Positions 1-13,900 of a stretch of DNA of 64,000 nucleotides are shown in pieces. Position numbers and translations under genes: made by a program. The stretch comes from Eimeria praecox. Lineage: Eukaryota. The stretch covers positions 310,001-374,000 of the forward strand of contig OY986949.1 of NCBI GenBank assembly GCA_963920595.1. The letters run 5' to 3'. A model generated the notes under the pieces. It was given only the letters and a program-made list of their open reading frames with translations, ran no database searches and was not told where the DNA came from. The number at the start of each line of letters is the position of its first letter. Position 1 is the first letter of the stretch.

Positions 1-3000
1 TGAGGAAGAGGATAAGATTCTGGAGATTATTAGAACACTGAAAAATAGACTGTACAGGCAGCAGCGGGCTCCAATCCTAAACGGTCAGCCTAGCACACGC
101 GTTCTCTAGTTTGGCTTGGCGCAAAGGGGTGACGAAGGACATTGCGTGCCCGACCGGCAACTGGTAAGCTCTGCCTTCTTTGACTGGGTCGCAAACGCGT
201 GGGCGCACTTGCTTAACGGCAAATAGTGCGTAGCATCAGGGCCGCAGCCATCCGACACACGATGCCATTTGTAGTAAGCCTGACTCTCGTTAATCGGGAG
301 CCGCCTCAAGACAACAACATTGCTAGCTGGCCCTTTCGTTGCTATTGCCTAAACGCTTCCCAACCTAAACATGCGGTATCCAGTTCCTCATTATTACTCG
401 CACCAGGTGCCCGGTGAGGCGCATATATTCTCACAGCAAATGCGAGTACGCACTCTGAAGTCCTCACAGGACATATTAGCGCTTTGGCAAAACTATTGAT
501 GCGGCGCACGCCACTAGGCATCGTGCACTCTGAACCAAACACGAGCGAAGATTTGCATAGTGAATAGATTCACATTCCTGATGAGAGTAGCATACTGTGT
601 TTTGCAGAGCCTGGTCGGCCTGGCAGTAAATGCGACGAAACCACATAAAGGCTAGGGAGCTCCCAGTCAACGAACGGTGCAAGTAGCGATCCTTCACTGT
701 CGATGCTTCCAACCCTTGCATTGCGTTGTTGGGCCATACACAGGTGTATCCGCATATGCACCCAAACATGCAAGCACGCAGGAGCATACAAACAAACAAA
801 CAACCCGGAATCGGGCTTCCATTGCATTATTGCCGCCCCAACACGAGCCGCAGTGGTCGGCCCTATCATCTGCGTGCTCACCTCCTGCGCAGATTCACGC
901 TTCCCTCAACTCCTCCCCACTCGGCTTTGAGCGCGTCTCCCAAGCGCTCGTCAACGTCCTTTGGGCTCCTACGATGTCGTTGGGTGAGAAGGTCGAGAAG
1001 GAGTTCTGTGGCATACAGCACGCCCCTGAGTGTCCAGCACCGCACGCAGCCACACTGAAGTGACCGAGCACCCAAACGGTCCAGAACGCACGGCTCCTCG
1101 TCCCCTAAAACACCGCACCAGTGCTGACGGATGCCACGCTGACCGATTCTTCGGAAGCAGGCCGGCTGCCTCTTTGCGTTATCTCCAACGTTCCGCAATG
1201 CGTACCTCCTGAATAGAACGCCAACCACCACTACTCACGGCAAAGCATGCTGCCTTGCACTCTCCCATCCACCACCCGTCAACTCCACGTAGCTCTTCGA
1301 TGCTTATCCCGCACCGCGCCTTCTTCTTACCACGTTTAATGCATCGAAGCGAATGAGACCCTCGGTCGAACGCCACCACATTTTATTTCTCATATCTGCA
1401 TCCGCCGGAATGACGTGCGTGCCTGCTAGGCACCCTGCCCACGGGAACGCAAACCCGCAAACCACCCTGCCACCATTCAGCAAATGCCATGAAAAGTATT
1501 GGGCGCGCACCCAACCACAGGCGCCTCCCACACAAAGCATATAAAACATCGTTTCGCCATTGCTGAGAATCCAGTCATCGTTGCCACCTGTGCTGCACTG
1601 CCATGCTGCTCTTCTACCTGCGCTGGCAACGAAAACACCTTCTGAATCACCATTTGAGTCCCGCTGAGGTAGCCACCTATACGCCGCCCCCTGGCGTCCA
1701 AACCCCAATCGATTAGCACATGCTCCTCCTCCTAGGTCAATGCAACGTCATGAGGTGATTCTAGCACTCTGTAGAACGTATAAAACAAGTTCCTTCCCCC
1801 AGAGTCACCTTGCAAATACAAAATTCCCTAAGCGCACCAACGACTCGTACAGTTCCTTCTACATTCTAGTCGACTAGCCAAACTTGCAATTCCTGCGCAT
1901 TTATCCCCAACACGTTCTCATTATACCTGCGCATCTATCGTTCTGTCTGGCGTCTGTCACGTAGCGAAAATACTTTGAACAGGCTTCGCCCACGTCATTA
2001 AGCGTCCATACTATTCCCTCAGCTCCTGCCTAGTGCGAGTATTCACCTTCCCCACGGCAGTTACAAACGGCTTTGCATATTTTTCCTGACCACATATCAA
2101 CGATTGATGCCTTGCTCCGCTTATTACCTAGCTCGCCGCTCGCCTCCTCGGCTATGGCAACCTGACGGATACACGCATTTCAATATCAGCAGTCTTTGCA
2201 TCCTCTTCATCCCTATGGGATTGACCCGCCGGATGTCCGAAGCGTATGTGTATGAACCATGCCGTCCACCCAGACCCAACACTCATCAATGATTGGATCT
2301 TGTGAAGGTTCTTCAGGTCCACAAGAAATGATAGAGTCAGCGATACCGAGCATGTAAGGATACGCCATTCCTTCTTCACTAATAACTCACCAGCTGCTAG
2401 CACATATGTGGCATTGCGACGTGATCTAGATCCCTGCAATTAATAGCAAGCAAGAGCTAGCCAAGTGCCACACGAAGAGACGCACATTCCCATTCTCCGG
2501 AATCGTGTTATCTGTCGCTGTTCATTGCTGCACCGTTCACAAAATAATCCCATTCTAGGGCCTTAAGGCACCTGCAATCTCGACTGCTGTTGCCACAAAC
2601 CATGCGTTACCACTGCAAATACGAAAACGTCAGATTCAAACCAAACGACGGCCTCTTATAGGACGGCGAAGACTACACTTAGCCACCTCGCGCTGTTCCG
2701 CTCCCAGATCAGACAACCCCGCTGGCTGCGCCAGCGCAGACCCGTCCCGCACATATTTACAAACGCATGCGGATCCCTGCCCTAGGGCAAGCCCTCTACT
2801 GTCCAGGGGCTGTACACGCACAAATATCCTTTTTAATTGGTAGCAGGTTTTGCCTTATGCTCAGCAACGCGATTTTTGCATGATGGCAGTGCAGGGTATT
2901 CCAGGGTGTATGCCCGAATCTCGGGTTTGCTCTGGAGATGGCGAAAAGGCTCCGCATAGTATCGGGTGGGCTTGCAAAGCTAGACAGACAGGAATCCCAG

Positions 3001-3190
3001 AGTTCATGAATGCATCCTTTAACCTCGCAAACTCAACAAATTCCTCTGCTTGTTTTGGGCAACCGTTGAAGTCAGCATGGTTGCTCTTAGAAGAGTCCGC
3101 TGCAAAAGCAGAAGTAGGAAGCCGTTGGCAGAATGAGCTTCTTGGACGACCACAACTCAGAATGTGGCATCTTCAAAGCCGAGCCCTTCG
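1..3190. repeat. Third copy of the same block (1-1030 matches 17697-18726; 1040-2530 matches about 20940-22470; diverged match to about 23115), without the 550-bp expansion
   Basis: The window begins TGAGGAAGAGGATAAGATTCTGG, as at 17697 and 24496; matching ORFs at 106/17802/24601 and 1477/21392. Confidence 0.93.
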
Positions 3191-5387
3191 TTGACCTTTA
3201 CGAGCCCTGACAGGAAAAAAGAGAACACTTTGTTTCCTTAGCTTTTGTCACTCTACCTTGCTGTATCGCCGCAGATCTCGCCAATTTCAAACCTGTCAAC
3301 GATGTCACCATGTTTTGCGTAGCCAACTGACAGCGTCCCTTAAGGACGGCCTTCTTCCATTCGAGTGCAATAAGCGTATGCGGCATTTTACACTTTGCTT
3401 TGCTCCCTGATTTGGCTGAGCATTTCCTTCCGCTTCAATCCCTGTACCCATACTCTCATTGCCCTGCCCAGTGCTGTTTTCCTGCGGATTCGCATGGAGG
3501 GCCATGCAGGCGCCCAATTCAGAACATCCCCAGCATAAAACACAACAAGAGTTGTGTCTGCGAAGCCACGCACTGTTGCCACGGTTGTCCTCGTACGCAT
3601 ATATACTCGAAATATCCGTTCTGGAGTCAAGCACCATAACCCAAGGGCGGCGTATGCGGCCACGTATATCAACCCACAAATTGACTATGTGAACGGGCAT
3701 TGCCATGTGATCCAGGCTCACAAATGTAGGAGATCTAGAACCCCGGCATGCCATATTAATCACTCAAATAGAAAACTTATCGTCGGTCGGCATGCACGCA
3801 CAAACTATGCTGTGCTGATGCGATACCGCCACCCAACTGGCCCTCTGGGAGTAAAGGGTAGCAGACATTAGAACGCATCCGTTTCCTGTACGCAACAGCT
3901 GCACGAATCACAGTCACGTCGTACCTGGATCCGCTGCAGTTACACCATCAAGCGTACCCCAGCGTAGGACAGTTGGTCGCCACCTCTCATCACTATTAGC
4001 ATCCTCATGCATATTCCACAACCTAGCCATTCGCTAGCTGAATGCTACTTTAACTCTGTATTCGAGCGGAGCATCTGTTCTAATTTTCAACGGGCATGAA
4101 GTACCCACCAATAGCTTGCATACCCCCGTGGCCACCCCAATGGAGCTCTTAACTCTGCAGGATAGCATTGCCGATGAAATCACCGCATCTGAAAGCCAAG
4201 AAGGCGATTGCGGCAAATAAGAAACACGCTACCAATGATGTTCGGGAGCCTGCAGGCTCGGGTGTACTTGCTGCCGCATACCACAGCATTCCTATATCCC
4301 ATCTATACTCCTTCAATTATCGTCGTGCCTAACAGTAAAGCGATTGCTGGAGTATGCAATGCTGAAGGAAACCCTGCTTTGCCAGCTGTACCGTCCTGGA
4401 CACCGAGGGTACTCTAGGCATTACCCCGCACCAAGCATTCCCTGCTTAAAATGGTGCCTCCACCCCTTCTGTTTAGAAGTAACTCATCCCTCTGCTCATC
4501 CTGATTAGCCTGTTGCCTTCAACACGCGTACATACAAACGACAAGCTACGGCACACTTCTGTACCCGAGCTGCGGTGGCCTCTGTAGGTGTATCGGTTCG
4601 TGGACATTAGGTTTCATTCATCCACATCAAAGCATCCAATCGCATTGTAGTGCATCGTCCGCTGATGGCCCCCAGGCTACCCACACGCTCAGCCGCTGCT
4701 TCCTTCAACGCAAACATTAAACTTTGAGTTTTTTATGGCCACATTCGATACACAGCATCGACTGCGTACCAACCGGCTGATAATCTGGGCTTCCTGTTGC
4801 TCGTCAGAAGCCATAAGCGCACTTCCTAAAGCACATGGTGCGTCTTATCAATGCAATAGAGATCCAATACACGATGCACGCTGGGTGGTTACTCGTCACT
4901 GCCTTCAAGGCAACAATATTTCACGTTGCTTGTTTAGATGCTCTCGTCTAACCGTTTGCCAACCCAAACTCCCAACTGTTTGCTCTTCAGGATTACCACC
5001 ATACAGTGGCCGACTACCAGACATTTGCCGGTGACGTGCACGGAGAGGCGTGAGGCGTAGGAAATGCGACTAGGGCGTCTGGAATCCTCGCACTAGAGCT
5101 TAGCGCTTGGAAAACGCGAATTATGCTGCGTATGCCACTAGGCATTGCACACTCTAAGCCAAACTCCCACAACCCCTTGCATTCCCAATAGCGTCACCTT
5201 CTTGTGAGCTGGCAACTGCGTCGTGAAGAGCCTGATCGGCCTGGCGGGAAATGCGGCATAACTGCATAAACGCTAGACGGGCCGCTGTTGTCGAACAGAG
5301 CACTCTTGGCCCCTTCACTGTTGATGATCGCCTCCCTCAACTCTTGTTTGGGTATATGCAGGTGAATGCACATGAGCACACAACGAT

Positions 5388-5473
<86 letters not shown>

Positions 5474-7904
5474 AAATATACACACACACATACACAAATA
5501 TACAAACAATCCGGCATCGAGCTTCCAATGCTTTATCGCTCCTTAGGAGGCGCGCAGTGAGGGCAGCTTCTGGGAGTCAGCCTTTGGAAATTTGACCTAA
5601 GCTCTCCAAAGAAGGGCAAATCCACGCCAACTTTTGTAGAGCTACACCAAGCAGCACGCAGTCAACTCCGATGCACGCAATCAATAGTGTTGCTCTTGCC
5701 CTGTCGCCTCTATCTGCAGCCGGTAGGTGAAAGAGCTCACGACCGTGGTTCATGGAGGAACAGGCCCCACTCCAGCTGGAATTCCGGCGGTCTGTTCATT
5801 CAAAACCAAGGACTGGGTTTGCGACCGCCTACCTCAGGGAGGCTGCTATGCCTTTGCTGCCCTCAGAAGAATTGAAGCAATGTATTGATAACATATCGAT
5901 CCTACGTACACAATGCTATAGCAGCTCGCTTTCTACGGGTATGATACCTTGCACAAAGCAAGCTGACGTGCACGTGTGCACCTCCATGAAGGCACCGCAT
6001 TTACAGCCCATTCTCCCCCAAGCGCTGTTAAATAGCACCGACAACGTCACCATACGCTTGTGGCTGTTTGGGTCAGCGCTAAGTGAAGAGAGAAAACAGC
6101 ATCCGCCTAGCTTCTGCGTATATATGCCTTCTCTTCTACTAAAAGCAACCACGCCCGTATGTACGCACTAGCTGAACAGTAAACGTGCTCACTGAGTGCT
6201 GTCAAAATGAAGTTCATCGTACCACGTGCCGCGACTTTACAATGCTGGCGCCGGTTATCCAAAATACAAACGATTTGAATTCCATGTCTCAACACAACCG
6301 AGTATGGCATAGCAAACGTTCGCATTCACCGTCTTGGCCTCAAACGTTGTCCATACTAAGTGTTTAATGCAACGCGTCAGTTCATATTAATGCTGAGACC
6401 ATGGAATTCGTAGTGTTGCAGCTGAATACCGTGTCCTCCAAATGTCAGTGACGCTGCAACCAAGTCAGGGCATCGTACGCTCTGTTCCAGGAGGACGTGG
6501 CGCTTGTAGTATCTGGATATCGAATCACTTTGTCTCGTATCCTACTCCCAGAAAGGCACCTGCTCTTCCCAATAACTCCAATCCATCGATCTACACCCCA
6601 AGCGGATCCCCGGAATCTACCATGGCACAAAGGTGTATGATGTGCCATTTATCGCTGCTTTAGCTTCGCCATTAGCTGGTGAAGTCCCTACACGAACATG
6701 AACAAAAATGCTTCAGACTAAACGTCTTGTGGGCACCCAGCGAACACACGTGAAGCAAGTGCCTTTCTGCGAAATCGTTTGACGGGAAGATCATTAGAAA
6801 CCCCTGCACGTGTCCCCATGCCAGTACAGCAACGTGACAGGATACAAAAGGCCTAACAAGCCACGAAGCCTTCACTGCCATACTTCATAACAACTCCACG
6901 GCACACCAATTAAAACTCAGCTGCGCGAATTCCAATACGGCCATTTACACCACCTAGGCAATATGCGTCACCAGTCGTATACTTGCTTCACAACAATATT
7001 GGCACTGGCACAGCAAGCGCCACAATGGGCGCTCAGCACCCAGCGACGCTGCAAATGGCTGCCTGCGTGTGTTCCTCGCACATATGCATCTGCCTTTGTT
7101 GCTGAAGGTAAATCCACCTGCTGCTAGTGGCTGCCACATCTTGCAGACAGTGGCATCATGCGTCCAACAAACACCTAATCCAACACTAGGCATTTGATTG
7201 TGGATGCGACCAGACGTATTCACCCTATCGTACGCCCTCACCGGTTCGGCCAGCCGCCACGCCGTGCCAACGAACATCATATGGGCAACGGGGTACAAAT
7301 ACACTTGATCTTTTTTCTGTGAAAGCACGCGGATGCCATTTAACTTCACTCCCTTAAGCGGAAGTGGTGCAATGCAGTAGAGGTCCAATACATGATGCAT
7401 GCTGGGTGGTTACTCGTCATGGCCTTCAAGGCAACAACTTTTCACGTTGCTTGTTTCGATGCTCTCGTCTAACCGTTTGCCAACCCAAACACCCAACTGT
7501 TTGCTGTTCAGTATTACCACCAGGCAGCGGCCGACCAGCATACACTGGCCAGCTAGCTGCACAAAGAGAGTATGAAATGCAACTAGGGCGTCTGGAGTCC
7601 TCACACCAGAGCTTAGTGCTTTCAGAACGCCAATTATGCTGCGCACGCCACTAGGCATCGTACACTCTAAGCCAAACGCCCACAACCCCTTGCTTTCCTA
7701 ATAGTTTTACCTTCTCATGAGCTGGCAAATGCGTCCTGAAGAGCCTGACTGGCCTGAGGGGAAATGTGGCATAACCCCATAGATGCTCGAATGGGCTGTT
7801 ATCCTCGAGCACAGCACTCAGGCCCCTTCACTGTTGATGATCGCCTCCCTCAACTCTTGTTAGGCTATATATAGGTAAATGCACATGCGCACACAAACAT
7901 GCAG

Positions 7905-7967
<63 letters not shown>

Positions 7968-10900
7968 TGCATACACACAGTCAGACATCGAGCTTCCTGC
8001 GTCCCTAGAAAGCCTGCCGTTGGGGACGATTCTGGGCGTCAGCCCACGCAAATTTGCTCTAAGCACTCGAAAAGAGCATAGCCTCAATCCTACTGGTCCA
8101 GACATCACAACACACTGCACACAACCAGTTTGCTTGCTATTGGCCTGCCTGCACTCTCTGCAGAAAGCAGATGCAAAAGCTCAAAAATGTTCTCCGCAGC
8201 TCAGGCTCCACCCTCGATGAATATCCAGGCGCTCGCTCCTTCGAAACAAGCACTAGGCTTGCGACAGAAATTTTCTCGTACACTGTCCACCCTCTCGTGT
8301 CTTAAACAACACCTAGGCATTCTCTTGAATAGCCATCCTTCCTACGCTTACGAAGGCATAATAGGTCGCTATGGACAAATATGACGTCTTACACCAAATA
8401 TGGTGACATGCACGTCTCCTCGCCCTTGCTAGCACCCGACGGAGAACCCAACTTCGACCTAGGCATCTGTTCGTTCGGACCAGCGCCACACGAAAAGGAA
8501 AGGCAGCACGGACTACCCGCCTATCTCCTGCACATAGAAGATCTCTGTGCTACTGAACGCCGAGGGGTGGCGTACCCCCGCACTACTTAAACAGTAAACA
8601 AGACATCTTGCCATTCTATTTATCTAGTCTATCCTACCACCCTCTGCAACTTTAAAATGCTGCCCACGGAATCGTCCAAAAACAAACATTGTTTGCGCCG
8701 CTTGCTTCGAGGTAATCGCCTAAGGTATGATCAACGTCTGCATTCAGTTTGGCTGCCGTCAAGCCTCCTATGCTCAATTGCTAGCAGACGCCTTTCGCGG
8801 TCCATGCATCAGCTGCATGGGCAGCATGTCTTCTATGCGAGACCAATTCGACGTTCTGTGAGCATATGTTGACCAGCTGCCAGCCCTTGTTTCTCCTTGC
8901 ATCCAAAACGCCCAACTGTGTCTTCCTGCCACACGAATCAAACGCCTACAAAAGCACAATCGCCGTCCCTGTTCATATCCATCTGATGCACCTGCTGCCC
9001 AGTCATATTCCGAAGCAAACAAACCCAAGTCCTCTCTCAGCAACGAAAGACCGCTACAAGCCCCCACTCTTACGCTACACAGATTGCGCGTTCTTCATGT
9101 GGAAACCGAAAAGCTCAAACGCCTGTACGCTGGCCTAGATGTCATTTGGTTCCCCCAAACGCAAGACGTGCAGGCGTAAGGTTTACACGCACGCCGTCCC
9201 GACATCCCAAAACAACGTACGCATCTCCCATGCAACTCGTTCCGTAGCAGGGTATGCTATGTGCTACATATGAGACGCTAAGGTGCCTAACGCCGCGACT
9301 GCATCAACACAAGTTTTGTCTCGTGCTGTGCGATCCACGGCAAATCGTTGCACAATGCCAACAGCACGCACACGTGGACCCACACACATCTGCGTAGACC
9401 TTCTGGAGCCATCCACAGCGCCTACGCAACAGCCACGGAAACGGAATCTCCAAACGCTTCTTCTGCAACGCAGCAGCGACCTGCACAATGCAAACGTGGG
9501 CGCTACATGCAGCAAAGGTACAAGTATCGGACACTCTGGTCTCGAAGAATCCAACGCCTTTCAACACAGACTAATCACGTCCCCAACCTGTCAACATACA
9601 CTGACGGCAGTTCGTCTTCGACGTAGCCACTAGACACATCTATGCACTAAACACATGCCTTGCCATGTTTGCGGAGTCCAGCATTTGTCTACTAGACCGC
9701 CAACTGTCCACACATGATGTTCATACGCACTCGCTTTAGAGCATCCAACCATACTGAAGCGGTGCTAGAGCAATTCAGTCCACGGCAAAATCTGTTGCCC
9801 ATACAACGGTGCGCTTTGTTCGGGTGTAAAGCACCATTATCACAGCGCGCAGCTTGCATCACATGGCACGGGATCTGTGCCCCATCGATGCGAAGAGTTC
9901 ATAACTGCCTGGGTAAAAATCCCATACCACCAGCCCGTGAGTGCGGTGCCTTGCACAGGTCACAGCTGCTGCACACAAGGTAGGTTATCGTACGCTCTGC
10001 TCCAGAACCACGTGGCACTAGTGTTGCATGGACATCATGCCTGTCTCAGTTTAGCTTTGGACTCCTCAAAAGAATGCACCTGCTCTCCCGGACAAGTCGC
10101 ACTTGTTGATCTGCAACCCAAACGGATCCCCGAAATCCGCTATGCAGCAAAGGCACATGCTTTTTATTTTATCGATTCTTTAGCGTTGTCATCTGTTGTT
10201 GAAGCCTTGACACTAAAGTAAATACCGACGCTTCAGCCTAAGCGTCTTGTGGGCACCCAGCGAACGAGCTTGAAGCAAAGGCCTTTCTGTGAAAACGTGT
10301 GCCGGGAAGAGCATGGCCGTGAACAGCACGTAGGCACTTGGCGTCACCGACCGTCTACTTGCGTCACAGAAATATTGGCACTGCGGCACAAATGAGCCAC
10401 AATACTCACGTAGAAACCAGAAACGCTGCAAATGAGCAGCTGTGTGCGCCCCTTGCTCATGTAGCTCTCCCAGATTCCTCTGGAGTAAATCCACCTGTTG
10501 TTAGCAGCTTCAACGCCTTGCAGACAGTGGCATCACGCGTCCAGCAAACACCTGATGCAGCACTACGCATTTGATTGCGGGTGTGACAAGAAGAATTCAG
10601 CCGAGCGTACGCCCTCCGTGGATGGGCTGGGCGAGATGCGGTGCCGAAGAACATCACATGGGCAGCGGGTTACTGATACCCTTTGCGGTCATTTTCTGGA
10701 AGCAGGCGAGTGCCATTTAGGCTCACTCGCTAAACCGGAAACGGTATGCCTCACCACTAGAGCAAAAACGCAATGCATGATGCACGCTAGATGGTTACTC
10801 GTCACGTCCTTCAAGGCAACAATATTTCATGTTGCTTGTTTAGACGCTATCGTCTAACCGTTTACAAACCCAAACTCCCAATCGTTTTCTCGTCATTAGT

Positions 10901-13900
10901 AGCACCATACAGTGGCCGACTACCGGACATTCGCCGGTACCGTGCACGCAGAGGCGTACAAAATGCGACTACGGCGTCTGTAGTCCTCCCACTAGAGCTT
11001 GGTGATTCGCGAACGCCAATTAATCTGCATACGCCGCTAGGCTTCGTACACTCTAAGCCAAACACCTACTACCCCTTGCACTCCCCATAGCGTCACTTTC
11101 TTGTGAGCTGGAAACTGCGTCGTAAAGAGCCTGATCGGCATAGCGGGCACTCCTGCATAACCGCATAGAGGCTAGAGAGGCTGCGGGAACAACGCACTCA
11201 GGGCCCTGTTGAAGATCGCCTCCCTCAACTCTTGTTAGGGCATATGCAGGTGAATGCACATCAGCACACAAGCATGCAGGTACACAGAGACACACACAAA
11301 TGCATACACACAATCAGACATCGAGCTTCCAATGCTTTATCCTCCCCAGGAGGCCTGCCGTGAGGGGCGATTCTGAGCCTTCAGCCCACGCAAATTTGAT
11401 CTAAGCACTCCAGACAAGACCATAGCCTCAATCCTACTGGCGCAGACATCACAACACACTGCACGCAACCAGTTTGCTTGCTATTGGCCTGCCTGCACTC
11501 TCTGCAGAAAGCAGATGCAAAAGCTCAAGAATGTTCTCCGCAGCTCAGGCTCCACCCTCGATGAATATCCAGGCGCTCGCTCCTTCGAAACAAGCACTAG
11601 GCTTGCGACAGAAATTTTCTCGTACACTGTCTACTCTCTCGTGTCTTAAACAACACCTTGACATTCTCTTGAATAGCCATCCTTCCTACGCTTACGAAGG
11701 CATAATAGGTCGCTATGGACAAATATGACGTCTTACACCAAATATGGTGACATGCACGTCTCCTCGCCCTTGCTAGCACCCGACGGAGAGCCCGCTCTGT
11801 CTAACACACCTTCAAGCCGCACACCCAACTTCGACCTAGGCATCTGTTCGTTCGGACCAGCGCCACACGAAAAGGAAAGGCAGCACGGACTACCCGCCTA
11901 TCTCCTGCACATAGAAGATCTCTGTGCTACTAAACGCCGAGGGGTGGCGTACCCCCGCACTACTTAAACAGTAAACAAGACATCTTGCCATTCTATTTAT
12001 CTAGTCTATCCTACCACCTTCTGCAACGTTAAAATGCTGCCCACGGAATCGTCCAAAAACAAACATTGTTTGCGCCGCTTGCTTCGAGGTAATCGCCTAA
12101 GGTATGATCAACGTCTGCATTCAGTTTGGCTGCTGTCAAGCCTCCTATGCTCAACTGCTAGCAGACGCCTTTCGCGGTCCATGCATCAGCTGCATGGGCA
12201 GCATGTCTTCTATGTGAGACCAATTCGACGTTCTGTGAGCATATGTTGACCAGTTGCCAGCCCTTGTTTCTCCTTGCATCCAAAATGCCCAACCGCGTCT
12301 TCCTGCCACACGAATCAAACGCCTACAAACGCACAATCGCCTTCCCCTGTTCATATCCATCTGATGCACCTGCTGCCCAGTCATATTCCGAAGCAAACAA
12401 ACCCAAATCCCCTCTAAGCAACGAAAGACCGCTACAAGCCCCCGTTCGTACGCTACACAAATTCCGCGTTCCTCATTTAGGAACCGCAAAAGCTCAAACG
12501 CCTCTACGTTGGCCTAGACGTCATTTCGTTCCACCAAACGCAAGACGCGCATGAGCAAGGTCTATTGATCCACAGCGAATCGCTGCACAGGGCGAACAGC
12601 GTGCACAGGTGGACCCACACACATCTGCGTAGACCTTCTGAAGCCATTCACAGCGCCTATGCAACAGCCACGAAAACGGAATCTCCCAGCGCCTCTTCTT
12701 CAACGCGCAATGCTCAACACACAGTGCTCTGCAAAATGCAAACGTGGACCCTACCATGCAACAAACGTACAAGCCTTTGACACTCTGGTCTTGAAGAATC
12801 CAACGCCTTCCATCCCAGACTAATCACGTCCTCCCCCTGTCCGCATACACTGAAGGCAGTTCGTTTTCGACGTAGCCGCTAGACGCATCTATGCATTCAA
12901 TACACGCCTCCCCGTGCTTGCGGAGTCCATCATTTGTCTGCTATACTGCCAATCGTCCACATATGATGCTCATACGCACTCGCTTTAGAGCATTCGGGCA
13001 TGCTGAAGCGGTGTTAGAACAGCTCAGCCCACGACAAAATCTGTTGCCCTTACAACGTTGCGCTTTTCTTCGGTTGGAAGGCAGCATTATCACAGCGCGC
13101 AGCTTGTATCACATGGCACGGGATCCACAAACCATCGCTAAGACCCGTCAAAACCCGCCTGGATAAAAGCCTTCATACCGCCAGCACCCTGTGTACGGTA
13201 TCTTGCACAGGCCACAGCTACCCCACGCAAGGTCGGGCAACATACGGTCTGCTCCAGAAGGACGCGGCACTAGCATTTTCTGTACATCAAATTAATTCAG
13301 TTATCATACGATCCCCCAGAACTGCAACGGGTTAGTGCACCGCGTGGCGTAGAAAGGGTGTCTAGTTCTTCTAGAGTACTCAAATCAGGGCCTAATGCCT
13401 TGGCAACACCAATTATGCTGCGCACGCCACTAGGCATCGTACACTCTAAGCCACGAACCCACGATGCCTTGCATAGCAAGTAGATTCACCTTCTTGTGAG
13501 CTGGCAACTGCGTTGTGAAGAGCCTGATTGGCCTGGCGGGAAATGTGGCATAAACATGTTAATGCTAGAATAGGCTGTTGCTCTCGAGCAGACCACTCAT
13601 GGGCCCTTCATTGTTGATGGTTGCTTCCCTTAACCGCGTCATTAGGCTATGCATAGATAGATGCACACGCGCGAACAAGTGCGAAGGCACACACGAACGC
13701 ACAAGCATGCACAAAAACTGCTTAGAAGCTTTTCAATGCTTTGTATGCCCCAGTACACCTGCTGTGAGGGCAGATTCTGGGCATCAGCCTACGCAAATTC
13801 GGCCTAAGCACTCCAGAGAAGAGCATACCCTTACTCCTACTGACCCAGACACCACAACACACTGCACGCAACCAGTTTGCTTGCCCTTGGTCTGTCTGCA

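Noticed and set aside
5194..8220. Poly-(HT) and poly-(CV) proteins
   Set aside because: These are translations of the (CA)n microsatellites.
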